From Terriglobia bacterium (GTDB lineage: Bacteria > Acidobacteriota > Terriglobia > Acidiferrales > UBA7541), in the NCBI GenBank assembly GCA_963695545.1, contig OY968796.1, forward strand, positions 3,904,001-3,968,000: a DNA stretch of 64,000 nt. The letters are read 5' to 3'. The translations under genes and the position numbers were made by a program. A model generated the notes under the pieces. That model did not search any database. It worked only from the letters and a program-made list of their open reading frames with translations, and had not been told where the DNA came from. This document shows positions 1 through 9,030 of the stretch, piece by piece. The stretch's first letter is position 1. The number at the start of each line of letters is the position of its first letter.

Positions 1-641
1 CGCCCCACCCAGATGCGATTAGTCGTAAGCAGCGATTCGTATTCATCCACACGCTTGTCGAATTCCAGGCAGAATCGCGTCACATCTTTTTCAAAGCCGT
101 CGTAGGATTCGTACTGCAATCCGCCGATGCGAAACGCATGCGTGGTCAACCGCGCGCCGCAGTACTTCTCGAAAATTTTCAGGATCTCTTCCCGCTCGCG
201 CAAACAATAAAACAATGGCGTCAGCGCGCCAATATCGAGCGCGTGCGTCCCCAGCCAGAACAAGTGGCTTGCGATGCGTTGCAACTCCGTCAGAATCGTG
301 CGGATCACGCGCGCCCGCGGCGGCGCCTCCGCGCCCATCAACTTTTCCACCGCCTCGCAGTAACCCAGCCCGTTCGAAACCGCCGCCACGTAGTCCATGC
401 GATCCACGTACGGCGCAAATTGCTGATACGTCCTGTGCTCGGCGATTTTCTCCACGCCGCGATGCAAATATCCGATCACGCATTCGGAGCCAATCACTTT
501 CTCGCCGTCCAGACGCAGCTTCACGCGCAGCACTCCGTGCGTCGAAGGGTGTTGCGGCCCCATATTGAGGATGATTTCGTCGGCGCCGAGAACCGTCGTC
601 TCCACGTTCTCACCGGCGCCAGGATTGTAGGGATCGCCCAA
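1..641 (-). CDS. nuoD: NADH-quinone oxidoreductase subunit D, N-terminal part (runs off the window)
   Basis: Manual translation (absent from the ORF track): ...[26 protein letters not shown]...[10 protein letters not shown]...DRMDY...RIASHL, the NuoD signature. Probable TTG start at 641, just downstream of nuoC. Confidence 0.93.
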   Translation of the reverse strand, partial: MGDPYNPGAGENVETTVLGADEIILNMGPQHPSTHGVLRVKLRLDGEKVIGSECVIGYLHRGVEKIAEHRTYQQFAPYVDRMDYVAAVSNGLGYCEAVEKLMGAEAPPRARVIRTILTELQRIASHLFWLGTHALDIGALTPLFYCLREREEILKIFEKYCGARLTTHAFRIGGLQYESYDGFEKDVTRFCLEFDKRVDEYESLLTTNRIWVG

Positions 642-668
642 GATTTTTTCCTAGTGTCCGCTCGCGCC

Positions 669-1370
669 CTATTGACCGCTCTCGATGCCCAGGTTCTCGC
701 GCACCCAAGCCGTGTCCTGCTGCAAAATGTCGTAATCCTTGCGCAGCGGATAGCCCTGCCATTCCTCCGGCAGCAGCAATCGCCGCAAGTCGGGGTGCCC
801 TTCAAACACGATTCCGAACATGTCGTACACTTCCCGCTCAAGCCAATTCGCCGTCGGCCAAACGTCGACAACCGAAGCCACCAACTCGTCCGCGCCGACT
901 TGAACTTTCAAACGCAGCCGCTCATTTTTCGCAAACGAATAAAGATTCAGCACCAAATCGAAGCGCTTCTCGCGCCGCGGCCAATCCACCGCCGTCAAAT
1001 CTGTCAGGAAATCGAAATACTCGTCGTCGCGGCTGTAACGCGCGATCTCATCCAGCTTCGCCCCAGCCACCACCAGAATCGCCTGGTTGCGGTCGAGCGT
1101 CGCCTCGGTGATCGCGTCGCCAAAACGCGCCTTGTATCGCTTGGTCAGATCGTTGTCGAGAGAAACAGGTTTCGGGCCCGCTGGAGCCGCAGGCCGCGGC
1201 GGCGCAGCCGCAGCAGCCGGCGCCGCGGGCTTGGCCGCGGGCGTTGCTGCGGACGGCGCAATCACGGGAGGCGCGGCAGAAGGCGCTGTGCCGGAAACGT
1301 CAGATTGTGCGGCAGGTTTCTCCGCGGGCGGAGCGGCGGGTGGCTGCTTTTCCTCGGCGTCGTTGGCCAT
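669..1370 (-). CDS. nuoC: NADH-quinone oxidoreductase subunit C with Pro/Ala-rich N-terminal extension
   Basis: [33 protein letters not shown] and YPLRKDY motifs. Confidence 0.95.
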   Translation of the reverse strand: MANDAEEKQPPAAPPAEKPAAQSDVSGTAPSAAPPVIAPSAATPAAKPAAPAAAAAPPRPAAPAGPKPVSLDNDLTKRYKARFGDAITEATLDRNQAILVVAGAKLDEIARYSRDDEYFDFLTDLTAVDWPRREKRFDLVLNLYSFAKNERLRLKVQVGADELVASVVDVWPTANWLEREVYDMFGIVFEGHPDLRRLLLPEEWQGYPLRKDYDILQQDTAWVRENLGIESGQ

Positions 1371-1680
1371 GGAGTCGGGGCTTCGCCGGGCCGGAAGCAG
1401 CCCGCACAGCCCATCAAACTCAAAGCGTAGTTTCTAACACACGGCCAATAGCAGCGCAACCCATTCCCGCGCCTTCCGCGATACGCCGTCGCCACACGTC
1501 GCGCGATCCGCTCGACGCGGCCGCCCTAACGCCTCGTCAAGTCGGGCGATGTGAATCTGCGCACGCCAATGTTCCAGGAATCGCGCGAAGAAATCTCCCC
1601 AAACGGGTTTTTTAGTGTACTATTTGCCGGCCGGACACTCCCTGCATTGCTTGTCGCGGTACTGGTGGTTTAGGAGGGTT

Positions 1681-3261
1681 ATGCCTAGAGTCGTCCTGAT
1701 TAACCCATCGCTCACGACAATGGGTTATTCCGTTATCACGCCCAGATGGCTCTTCGTTCTCGGTCAGGCAACACCGGTCGATCTCGTCGGCGATCCCATC
1801 CTTATTGATGAAGCCATCGCGCCGTTCGATCCGGAGATGCTGCGTCCCGACGATCTCGTCGGCGTCGGCATCAGCACCGGCAACTGCCGCGCCGGCTACG
1901 AAATCCTGAAAAAAGCGAAATCGAAGGGCGCCACGGTCGTCATGGGCGGAATCCATCCCACGATTTTCCCGGACGAGCCGCTCGAGATGGGCGCTGACGC
2001 CGTGGTCACCGGCAACGGCGACGTGATCTGGGCCAAAGTCGTCGAAGATTTTCTCACCGGCAATCTGCAGAAAAAATATCTTGGCGGACGCGTCCCTGGC
2101 GAGGCGCTACAGAAAGCGCGCTGGGATCTGCTCGATCCCCGCCAGTATATGTTCCCCACTGTGCAAACCGTTGCCGGCTGCCCGGAAAATTGCAGCTTCT
2201 GCTCCGTCTGGGTCACCGACGGTCGCCAGGCCCGCCAGCGCCTCGCCAGCAAAATCATCGACGAAGTGAACGAACTCTACGCCATGGGCATTCGCTGGCT
2301 GATTTTCGCCGACGATAATTTCAATCCTTCCACCCTCGGCCGCATCGCCCGCGAGCCCAGCGCGGAAAAAAGAAAACAGTTCGAGGAAATTCGCGCGGAA
2401 CGCCTGCGCTTCTTCGATGAATACGACCGCAACGTCCCGAAAGATATCTACGCCTTCACCCAAATGACCACCGAGGTCGTGAGCGACCCCGAATATCTTT
2501 CCGCGATGCACGACAAAATGCGCCTGCGCGGCGCGCTCATCGGCATCGAATCGTTTTCCGAGGACGGCTTGCGCAGTGCCAACAAGAGTTGGAATCCCAC
2601 CGGCAAGCGCATGGTCGAAACCATTCAGAAAATCGAAGGCGCCGGCATCATGGTCTTGAGCTCCGTGATCTGCGGCCTCGAATCGGACACCGTGCAAACC
2701 ATTCGCACCATGCGCCAGTTCGCGTGCGATTCGGGCTCAACCATCGCGCAATTCGCGATGTACCATCCCTATCCCGGCACCAAAGACTTCTACGAGATGG
2801 TGCGCGACTCGACCAATCGCGCCAAGGTGGATTTCGCTTTCACGCCCAAGCACACCACGCAAATCACCGGCGAACGTTTCTGGCTGAAACCCAAGAACGA
2901 AGCCGATCTCATCACGCACGGAATTATTCCGAGAGACGAATTGTTCGCCGAGCACAAAAAGTGCTGGGACAAGTTTTATTCGCTGAAGGAAATCCTGCGG
3001 CGCGCGCGGACCGGAAGTAAAAAGAATTGGCCCTTCGTCGGCAAATTCACCTACGTTTTGTTTTGCGTGGTGTTTAAGCGGATCTACGGAGGGCAGGGCA
3101 TGGCCGCCGACGGCGTGCGCAAGCGCCAGTTGAGCATGGTCACGAAGATCTGGATCAAGATCGCCGTTGGCGCTTACAACCACTACTGCCGCACTCGAAG
3201 CGGCGGTCACTTGAACAAACCTTGGGCCGAGCCGAAGCGCGTTGAGTCTCGAGCCTCATAG
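1681..3261 (+). CDS. B12-binding domain radical SAM protein
   Basis: N-terminal cobalamin-binding-like segment (VGVGIST...VMGGIHPT), CxxxCxxC motif (CPENCSFC), FADDNF; ATG at 1681 after AGGAGGG RBS. Confidence 0.9.
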   Translation: MPRVVLINPSLTTMGYSVITPRWLFVLGQATPVDLVGDPILIDEAIAPFDPEMLRPDDLVGVGISTGNCRAGYEILKKAKSKGATVVMGGIHPTIFPDEPLEMGADAVVTGNGDVIWAKVVEDFLTGNLQKKYLGGRVPGEALQKARWDLLDPRQYMFPTVQTVAGCPENCSFCSVWVTDGRQARQRLASKIIDEVNELYAMGIRWLIFADDNFNPSTLGRIAREPSAEKRKQFEEIRAERLRFFDEYDRNVPKDIYAFTQMTTEVVSDPEYLSAMHDKMRLRGALIGIESFSEDGLRSANKSWNPTGKRMVETIQKIEGAGIMVLSSVICGLESDTVQTIRTMRQFACDSGSTIAQFAMYHPYPGTKDFYEMVRDSTNRAKVDFAFTPKHTTQITGERFWLKPKNEADLITHGIIPRDELFAEHKKCWDKFYSLKEILRRARTGSKKNWPFVGKFTYVLFCVVFKRIYGGQGMAADGVRKRQLSMVTKIWIKIAVGAYNHYCRTRSGGHLNKPWAEPKRVESRAS

Positions 3262-3312
3262 CGCAAAACGAAACCTGGAAATTTTGCCGAGTTTGAAGCG
3301 CAGCGCTCGGGG

Positions 3313-3693
3313 CTACACCCACTCGAGAGCGCCCTTGCGGTAGAGCCAAACGTATCCCACGATCAGAATCCCCAGAAAAATGAACATGCTACCCAGCGCA
3401 AACAGCGGGCTTAAGCGGAATCCCGGCACGTGCGTGGAATACAAAACGGCCCAGGGGAACAAGAAGATCGTCTCGACGTCGAAAATCACGAAGAGTATCG
3501 CCACGATGTAAAACCGCACAGAGTAGCGGCCACGCGAATCTGATTCCGCGGGGACGCCGCACTCGTAGGGCTTCACCTTCACACCGGTGGTCACGGAATC
3601 CGGTCGAATGAACTTGAAAAGCAGCAGCGTGACGCCCGGGAAGGCGGCCGCGAGCAGCGCAAAGATGAAGATCGGGATGTATTGTCTCGGCAT
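3313..3693 (-). CDS. nuoA: NADH-quinone oxidoreductase subunit A
   Basis: PYECG, RFYIVAILFVIFDVETIFLFPWA, KGALEW. Confidence 0.96.
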   Translation of the reverse strand: MPRQYIPIFIFALLAAAFPGVTLLLFKFIRPDSVTTGVKVKPYECGVPAESDSRGRYSVRFYIVAILFVIFDVETIFLFPWAVLYSTHVPGFRLSPLFALGSMFIFLGILIVGYVWLYRKGALEWV

Positions 3694-3798
3694 CTCGGCA
3701 GCGCGCTCTCCCTGGATCTCGTCAGAAACTTAGTTCGCGCGCCATCCTAGCACATTCGCGCGCCACTTCAAGCGCCACATGCGAGCACAATCGGCGCG

Positions 3799-4687
3799 CT
3801 ATTTGTCGAACATCAATTCGCGCGCGCGCTCGGTGGCCTTAACGACGGCCTTGATCAGCGTGACGCGCACCTTGCCGTCCTCAAGTTCGAGCAGCCCGTC
3901 AATCGTGCAGCCTGCCGGTGTGGTCACGCCATCTTTCAGCAGCGCGGGATGATCGCCGGTTTGCAGCACCATCTGCGCCGCGCCGGCCATGGTTTGCGCC
4001 GCCAGTAGCGTGGCGATTTCGCGCGAAAGTCCGGTCTTCACGCCCGCTTCCGCCAGCGATTCCAGAATCACGTAAATAAACGCCGTGCCGCTGGCTGAAA
4101 GACCCGTGACCGCGTCCATCAATTTTTCGTCTACCACAGCCACGCGCCCCGCCGACTCAAACAGCTTGCGCGCGATTTCCATGTGCGCCTCGGTGGCGTG
4201 GCGCCCCTTGGCTAAACCCGTCATTCCTTCGCCGATCGCGCACGGCGTATTCGGCATTGCGCGAATCACAGGCACATCGTTCGGCAATTTCTGCCTCGAG
4301 ATGCGAAGTCGGCACCGAGGCCGCCACCGAAATCACCAGCGTGTTCGGCCCGACTTCCCCGCGAATCGCCTGCGCCACTTCCGCCACCAGAAGCGGCTTT
4401 ACGGCGATCAGCACGATATCGGCGCCGCGTGCCGCCGCGCGGTTGTCGGTCCCGACCGACACGCCCAAACTTTTCGATAGCTCCGCCGCGCGCTCGGCGT
4501 GCTTCACCGTGGCGCGAGCGTTCTTCGGCTGGACGAGCTTCTTCTGCAGAAACGCGCGCAGCAGAATCCCGCCGATCTTTCCGGCACCCAGCACCGCCAC
4601 GCGCTTACTGGAAAGATCGGCGCTCGGCTTGGCGCTTGGCTTCCCGCTCGCTTTGCTGATCTTCTTGGCGCTCAATTGCGTCCCCAT
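3799..4687 (-). pseudogene. proC: Pyrroline-5-carboxylate reductase split by a 1-nt frameshift near 4294 (pseudogene or sequencing indel)
   Basis: N-half (VLGAGKIG, IAVKP, LVISVAA) is in ORF 4157..4738; C-half (VIRAMPNTP, TGLSASG, VTTPAGCT) is in ORF 3799..4287. Removing one base restores ...HLEQKLPNDVPVIR. Confidence 0.88.
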
Positions 4688-4748
4688 TTCTTTTGCTTGC
4701 GATCCAGCCACTCGTCTCGAACGCAGCAGCCCCGTCAACCACGGCCCA

Positions 4749-5231
4749 CTAATCGTGCTTGGCGCCGTGCAGCACTTCGACAGCGTGCGGCAGCAACTCC
4801 GCCACCGCGTCCAGCGATTCCACCGCGCCGCGCGGACTGCCCGGCAAATTTACCACCAAACATTTGGCCCGCACCGCCGCCACGCCGCGCGAAAGCGCCG
4901 CGCGCAAATTCTTTTCACGGCCGCGCGCGCGCATCAATTCTCCCACCCCCGGCAGAGGTTTTTCGCACGCCGCAAGCGTGGCTTCCGGCGTCGCATCGCG
5001 GGGACCAATTCCGGTTCCGCCCGCGGTCAGAATAATGTCGGCCGCGTCCGCATCAGCCAGCGTCGAAAGACGCGAGGCAATCGTGGCGCGCTCGTCTGGC
5101 AGCGCCTCCGCCGCCACCACTTCCCATCCCAGCGCCTTGCACCGCTCGGCCACCGCCGGTCCCGTGCGATCCTCGCGCTCGCCGCGCGCCACCGAATCGC
5201 TGATCGTGAGCACCGCGATTCGCATCGCCAA
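4749..5231 (-). CDS. mog: MogA/MoaB family molybdopterin adenylyltransferase
   Basis: LTISDS, EDRTGP, GGTGIGPRDATPEAT, NLPGSPRG. Confidence 0.9.
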   Translation of the reverse strand: MAMRIAVLTISDSVARGEREDRTGPAVAERCKALGWEVVAAEALPDERATIASRLSTLADADAADIILTAGGTGIGPRDATPEATLAACEKPLPGVGELMRARGREKNLRAALSRGVAAVRAKCLVVNLPGSPRGAVESLDAVAELLPHAVEVLHGAKHD

Positions 5232-5239
5232 ATTGCAGC

Positions 5240-5995
5240 CTAGTCTCCGGCCTTTTCGGTCGCGCTGGTGTTCGCTTCATCCATCAAGCGCATCGCTTCC
5301 ATCAAAAGGCCGGTCGTCGAGCGCGTGGTCGTCGCGCGATCCGTGGTGGCATTGAAGTCGATCTCAAATTCTCCTTCGAGCCACTGCACCACGTGGTTCG
5401 CCACGTCGTCGCCTTCAATCGATCCGAGCGTGGCGTGCTTGCACTGCCCCGCGTCGAAATATAGCTCGGCTGTTTCCGAGCCGCGCTTCAGCGTAAGCCT
5501 GCACGATTTCTGCCCCATTTCGAGCGACTGCATCAATTCCGTCACGCTCATCTCCTCAAGGCGCCCCTGAATCACGCCGGGGCGCGCCGCGGTTTTTTGC
5601 AAGCGCTCGAGATGCAGCCGATCCACCAGGCGCTTCGCGGTGCGCTCGAGCTCCGCCAGAAAAAACGGTTTGACCACGAAATCTTCGCCGCTGCCGACGA
5701 CCGGCCGCAATTTTTCCTCGATATCTCCGCGGCTGGCGACGAAAATAAACGGTACGTTGCGCGTGGCCTCCCGCCCCCGCAACTTCTCGTACAGCTGCCT
5801 TCCGTCGAGACCGGCCATCTTGTAGTCGCAGATGATCAGGTCGGGCGGCCGGTTCACCGCGAGGAGCAGCGCATCGGCGCCGTCCGCGGCGGCTACGGCG
5901 TCGTAATTCGCGGCCATCGCGTGGCGCATCATTTCGCGGACCAGTGGATTGTCGTCCACGACGAGCACGCGGAAGTCTTTTGCCGACTGGGTCAT
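5240..5995 (-). CDS. Response regulator receiver fused to a DUF4388-like output domain
   Basis: REC motifs (VLVVDD, LIICD, VKPF); C-terminal QGRLEEMSVTELMQSL...GEFEIDF...TGLLMEAMRLMDE is typical of DUF4388. Confidence 0.85.
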   Translation of the reverse strand: MTQSAKDFRVLVVDDNPLVREMMRHAMAANYDAVAAADGADALLLAVNRPPDLIICDYKMAGLDGRQLYEKLRGREATRNVPFIFVASRGDIEEKLRPVVGSGEDFVVKPFFLAELERTAKRLVDRLHLERLQKTAARPGVIQGRLEEMSVTELMQSLEMGQKSCRLTLKRGSETAELYFDAGQCKHATLGSIEGDDVANHVVQWLEGEFEIDFNATTDRATTTRSTTGLLMEAMRLMDEANTSATEKAGD

Positions 5996-6041
5996 GATGA
6001 CTTTTGATCGCTTAGCGACAATTCATCGACGGCCGGCGGCT

Positions 6042-6545
6042 CTAGCGCTTCGCCCCGCTCGGCCGGCGCGCCTTGCCGGCGCGCGCATAATCCCCGCTCG
6101 CGCCGCCTCGCTTTTCAAGAAGTTCTATGTCCGTAATGGTCATGCTCTTATCCATGGCCTTGAGCATGTCGTAGATCGTGAGCGCCGCGGCGGCAACCGC
6201 CACCAGCGCTTCCATCTCCACGCCCGTTCGCGCCGTCGCCGTCACTCGCGAGGTGATTTCCACGCCATTCTGGCATAGCCGCGCAGTCACATCAATGTGC
6301 GTCAGCGGCAGTGGATGGCAAAGAGGTATCCATTCGGCCGTGCGCTTGGCCGCCGCGATGCCCGCGATGCGCGCCACTTCGAGTGGATCACCCTTCGGCG
6401 TCTCCATGCGACGAATGGCGCGTAGCGCCGCGCGCGACACGCGCACAAATCCCCGCGCTACCGCCGTGCGCTCGGTCACGTTCTTCGCCGAGACGTCCAC
6501 CATCGCAACGGCGCCGCTTTTTTTGTAATGCGTTAGCTTTGACAT
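6042..6545 (-). CDS. moaC: Cyclic pyranopterin monophosphate synthase
   Basis: MVDVSAK, GIAAAKRT, IPLCHPL, TGVEMEAL, LTIYDMLKA. Confidence 0.97.
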   Translation of the reverse strand: MSKLTHYKKSGAVAMVDVSAKNVTERTAVARGFVRVSRAALRAIRRMETPKGDPLEVARIAGIAAAKRTAEWIPLCHPLPLTHIDVTARLCQNGVEITSRVTATARTGVEMEALVAVAAAALTIYDMLKAMDKSMTITDIELLEKRGGASGDYARAGKARRPSGAKR

Positions 6546-6649
6546 TCAGCGTTCCTAGTGGAACCCGGAACTTCCGCGTCGGGCTCAATTGTGTCGCCCA
6601 TACGGGGCTCGGGAAAAACACTCGTATAAGCAATTTCAGGCGGCGCGCA

Positions 6650-6694
6650 CCCAGGGCTTCCGCCCTGGGCTAAAATGTGCCGCCCCTCCGGGGC
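6650..6694. repeat. REP-like double hairpin
   Basis: CCCAGGGC-TTCC-GCCCTGGG (6650-6669) followed by GCCCC-TCC-GGGGC (6682-6694), intergenic. Confidence 0.6.
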
Positions 6695-6805
6695 TGATTG
6701 ATCATCGGTGCGGGACGATCGGTCGATGCGGCACGTGAAAAAAGGCGCGCCGGCGGCAAAGGCCAGCCGTAGCGTTCTGTTAACTGCCAAGGTACTCCCA
6801 CCCCC

Positions 6806-6930
6806 TACCCCCGGGTGTTTTTTGGGACTCGTCATTCTAAAGGACTTTAAGTCTTTTGCGCCAGAACTGGTGATTCTAAAAGGGATAAAAACGCGTTTTT
6901 CAGAACTGCTCATTCTAAAAGAGTTACGAT
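6806..6930. repeat. AT-rich element with three degenerate 39-bp tandem units
   Basis: (C/G)ATTCTAAA at 6833, 6872 and 6911; CAGAACTG..ATTCTAAAAG shared by units 2 and 3; left flank ACCCCCGGGTGTTTTTTG. Confidence 0.7.
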
Positions 6931-7108
6931 GCGAGAATGGCGGATATGCCGACGCTGGGGCCGAAACCGCGATGGTTACCGGAAATGACCGAGAGTCGAG
7001 GCTCGCGAGCGCGAGGGGGGCCGGGACTTGTTCTTCGGGGCTCATGCAAAAGCTTAGCACGGTCGGTACTAGTCTGTCAATCAGATGGACATATCGATCG
7101 TGCGTCGG

Positions 7109-7138
7109 TTTCCGATAATCCGAGTAACCAGGAGTTGG
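7109..7138 (+). repeat. 30-bp direct repeat, copy 1
   Basis: TTTCCGATAATCCGA-gtaac-CAGGAGTTGG; the two flanking blocks are identical to copy 2 at 8599. Confidence 0.75.
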
Positions 7139-7333
7139 CGATGTCTCCGAGTAGTCCGTTCACTGGTGACAAGGATTTGCCGACTGCGCCGAACGCACGA
7201 CCTCGAGCAGATTGCCGGCAACGATTGCTTCGGATTGCGGTACGATGCACCGGAATCCGCCAAGCGCGAGCGGACTGCCATGGCAGCGGGGTGGTCGGAG
7301 GCTCGTTCCGCGCCGCAATCGGAGACGCGTGAA

Positions 7334-7738
7334 ATGAGTTGGATGCGCTTTGCTCTTGCAGTATTTGCCAGTGGCTTGGGTTCCTCGCTCACGGACTGGT
7401 TTTTCATGGGCGATCTGCTTTACAAGAGATTTAATAAGCATCCCGAAATCTGGCGATATCCGGACGATAAGGGAGCATCCACAGCCATCGCCTGGTCCGC
7501 ACCACTACCGTTTCTGACGTGCGCAGTTTTCGCCTTCGCGTGCGTCCAATTGCACGTGTCCTCCTATGGCGCCACGGTCAAATTGGCAATCGAGGTGTGG
7601 CTCATCGCACCCGTGCCTTGGATTGTGACCACGTCCCTCTGGATGAAACTGCAGCCGACGATTGCGGCAGCGTATTCGGTCGGATGGCTTGTTAAACTTA
7701 TTCTGGCAGCCGTCGCGGTTGCCTCGGTCCTGCGCTAG
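7334..7738 (+). CDS. Small four-TM membrane protein (DUF1761-like)
   Basis: ATG after GGAG; hydrophobic helices; TDWFFMG...HPEIWR. Confidence 0.7.
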   Translation: MSWMRFALAVFASGLGSSLTDWFFMGDLLYKRFNKHPEIWRYPDDKGASTAIAWSAPLPFLTCAVFAFACVQLHVSSYGATVKLAIEVWLIAPVPWIVTTSLWMKLQPTIAAAYSVGWLVKLILAAVAVASVLR

Positions 7739-7769
7739 CCGTGATGCAGGCCGACCGCCTGATAAACGC

Positions 7770-7975
7770 TGCCGGTTCAGACTCTCGACGCAACACCATC
7801 CATTCAGTTGATCCGACAAAGCTTCCCCTGGGGAACCGATCTGTTTGGCTGTCCTCGGTCAAAACCTCGCTGGGGTAGCGTTTCGGATGATCTAACCCAG
7901 CGAGCGAGTTTAGCTTTTGTTTTTAACGCAAGGTGGGTTCGAGCTGAGTGTTGCGTCGATCCATTCAGACCACTC
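7770..7975 (+). mobile_element. Degenerate IS30-like miniature remnant (MITE-like)
   Basis: 12-bp inverted repeats TCGACGCAACAC (7785-7796) / GTGTTGCGTCGA (7948-7959); internal IRQSFPWGTDL resembles the IS30 transposase C-terminal LRQYFPKGTDL motif. Confidence 0.6.
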
Positions 7976-8163
7976 GACTTATCGGGACTTGATCGGAAAT
8001 TCCGGATATTCAGGTCGTAGCGTACAATCGGCATCGGCAAAATTGGCATACGAGGCTACGCATCGACGGCCACGATTTCTTTCAAGAGGCGGAGAATACA
8101 TCGATCAGTGGACTATAGTTCAAACCGAACAAAGCGGAAAAATGATGGAGAGGAGCGACGTTG

Positions 8164-8583
8164 ATGAAGCTCATGCCCTTCCTACTTTTTGACGGCAACT
8201 GCGCCGAAGCGATGGCCTTTTACCAAGGTTGCTTGAGTGGAGACCTGACGATCACCAGGGTCTGCGACACGCCGATGAAGGGCCAAATGCCACCCGAGCT
8301 GCATCACAAAGTGGCATTCGCCAACCTGAGAAACGGCGTCGTGGAGCTTTCTGCCACAGACTGGCTCCACGCCACTCGAACCCCTCGGCAGGGCAATACC
8401 GTCGCCCTCTATATTTGCGCCGCGAAATATAACGAGATGAGGACAATCTTCGACAAGCTCGCCGAAGGAGCGAGCAAAGAGCTCCTCGATGACATCCGGG
8501 ATATGCCGTTTGGGAGCTACGGACACCTTGCAGATAAATATGGCGTCCATTGGTTCTTCCAAGGGGATAAATCAGAAGCCTAG
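8164..8583 (+). CDS. VOC/PhnB family protein
   Basis: LMPFLLFDGNCAEAMAFYQ...DMPFGSYGHLADKYGVHW. Confidence 0.9.
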   Translation: MKLMPFLLFDGNCAEAMAFYQGCLSGDLTITRVCDTPMKGQMPPELHHKVAFANLRNGVVELSATDWLHATRTPRQGNTVALYICAAKYNEMRTIFDKLAEGASKELLDDIRDMPFGSYGHLADKYGVHWFFQGDKSEA

Positions 8584-8598
8584 TTACTGTGAGCCACT

Positions 8599-8628
8599 TT
8601 TCCGATAATCCGACCACTCAGGAGTTGG
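8599..8628 (+). repeat. 30-bp direct repeat, copy 2
   Basis: TTTCCGATAATCCGA-ccact-CAGGAGTTGG, 15 nt after the VOC gene stop. Confidence 0.75.
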
Positions 8629-9030
8629 ACGCTTCGACGCGGTGTAGGCTCCGGGGTGGTCGAAGAAGCAGCGCGAGTTGACGAGTCGCATGCTCCGATT
8701 CCGCTAAGGCAATTGGCTTCTTGTCAGATTGAAGGCTCAAGATGAACGATCAACAAAAGAAGCAGCAGGGTTCTGAAGCGCGGGATCAAGAGATCCGCGC
8801 GGTCAATCGTGAATTGAACCAGCAGAAAAGCGCACGCGCCCACGGCTGAAATCCCAACCGATAAATTCCTTGCTTCAGAATGGAAGAGACCTCCCGCGAA
8901 ACTCACATCCCGATAGAGCGGTGTTAGAGCAAAATGACCCACTACCGAGTTCCCCGTTCGGTGGCACGGGACGAAGCTAGTATAGTACCGTCGGCGGGCT
9001 CCAAGAACGAAACCCAACTAAGGTGCCAAG

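Noticed and set aside
6806..6930. Possible CRISPR array
   Set aside because: Only three degenerate units, no repeat/spacer alternation, no cas genes
6533..7060. 175-aa minus-strand ORF with SFRM/PFRI repeats
   Set aside because: Appears to be translation through repeat and REP DNA; no RBS or domain; treated as non-coding, though a peptide cannot be excluded
8962..8980. TGGCACG as a sigma-54 site before the DoxX-like gene
   Set aside because: GG-to-GC spacing is 11, not 10; the adjacent TATAGT fits a sigma-70 -10 better
8724..9017. 97-aa minus-strand ORF and short plus-strand ORFs in the islet
   Set aside because: No motif, RBS or family resemblance; probably decayed DNA
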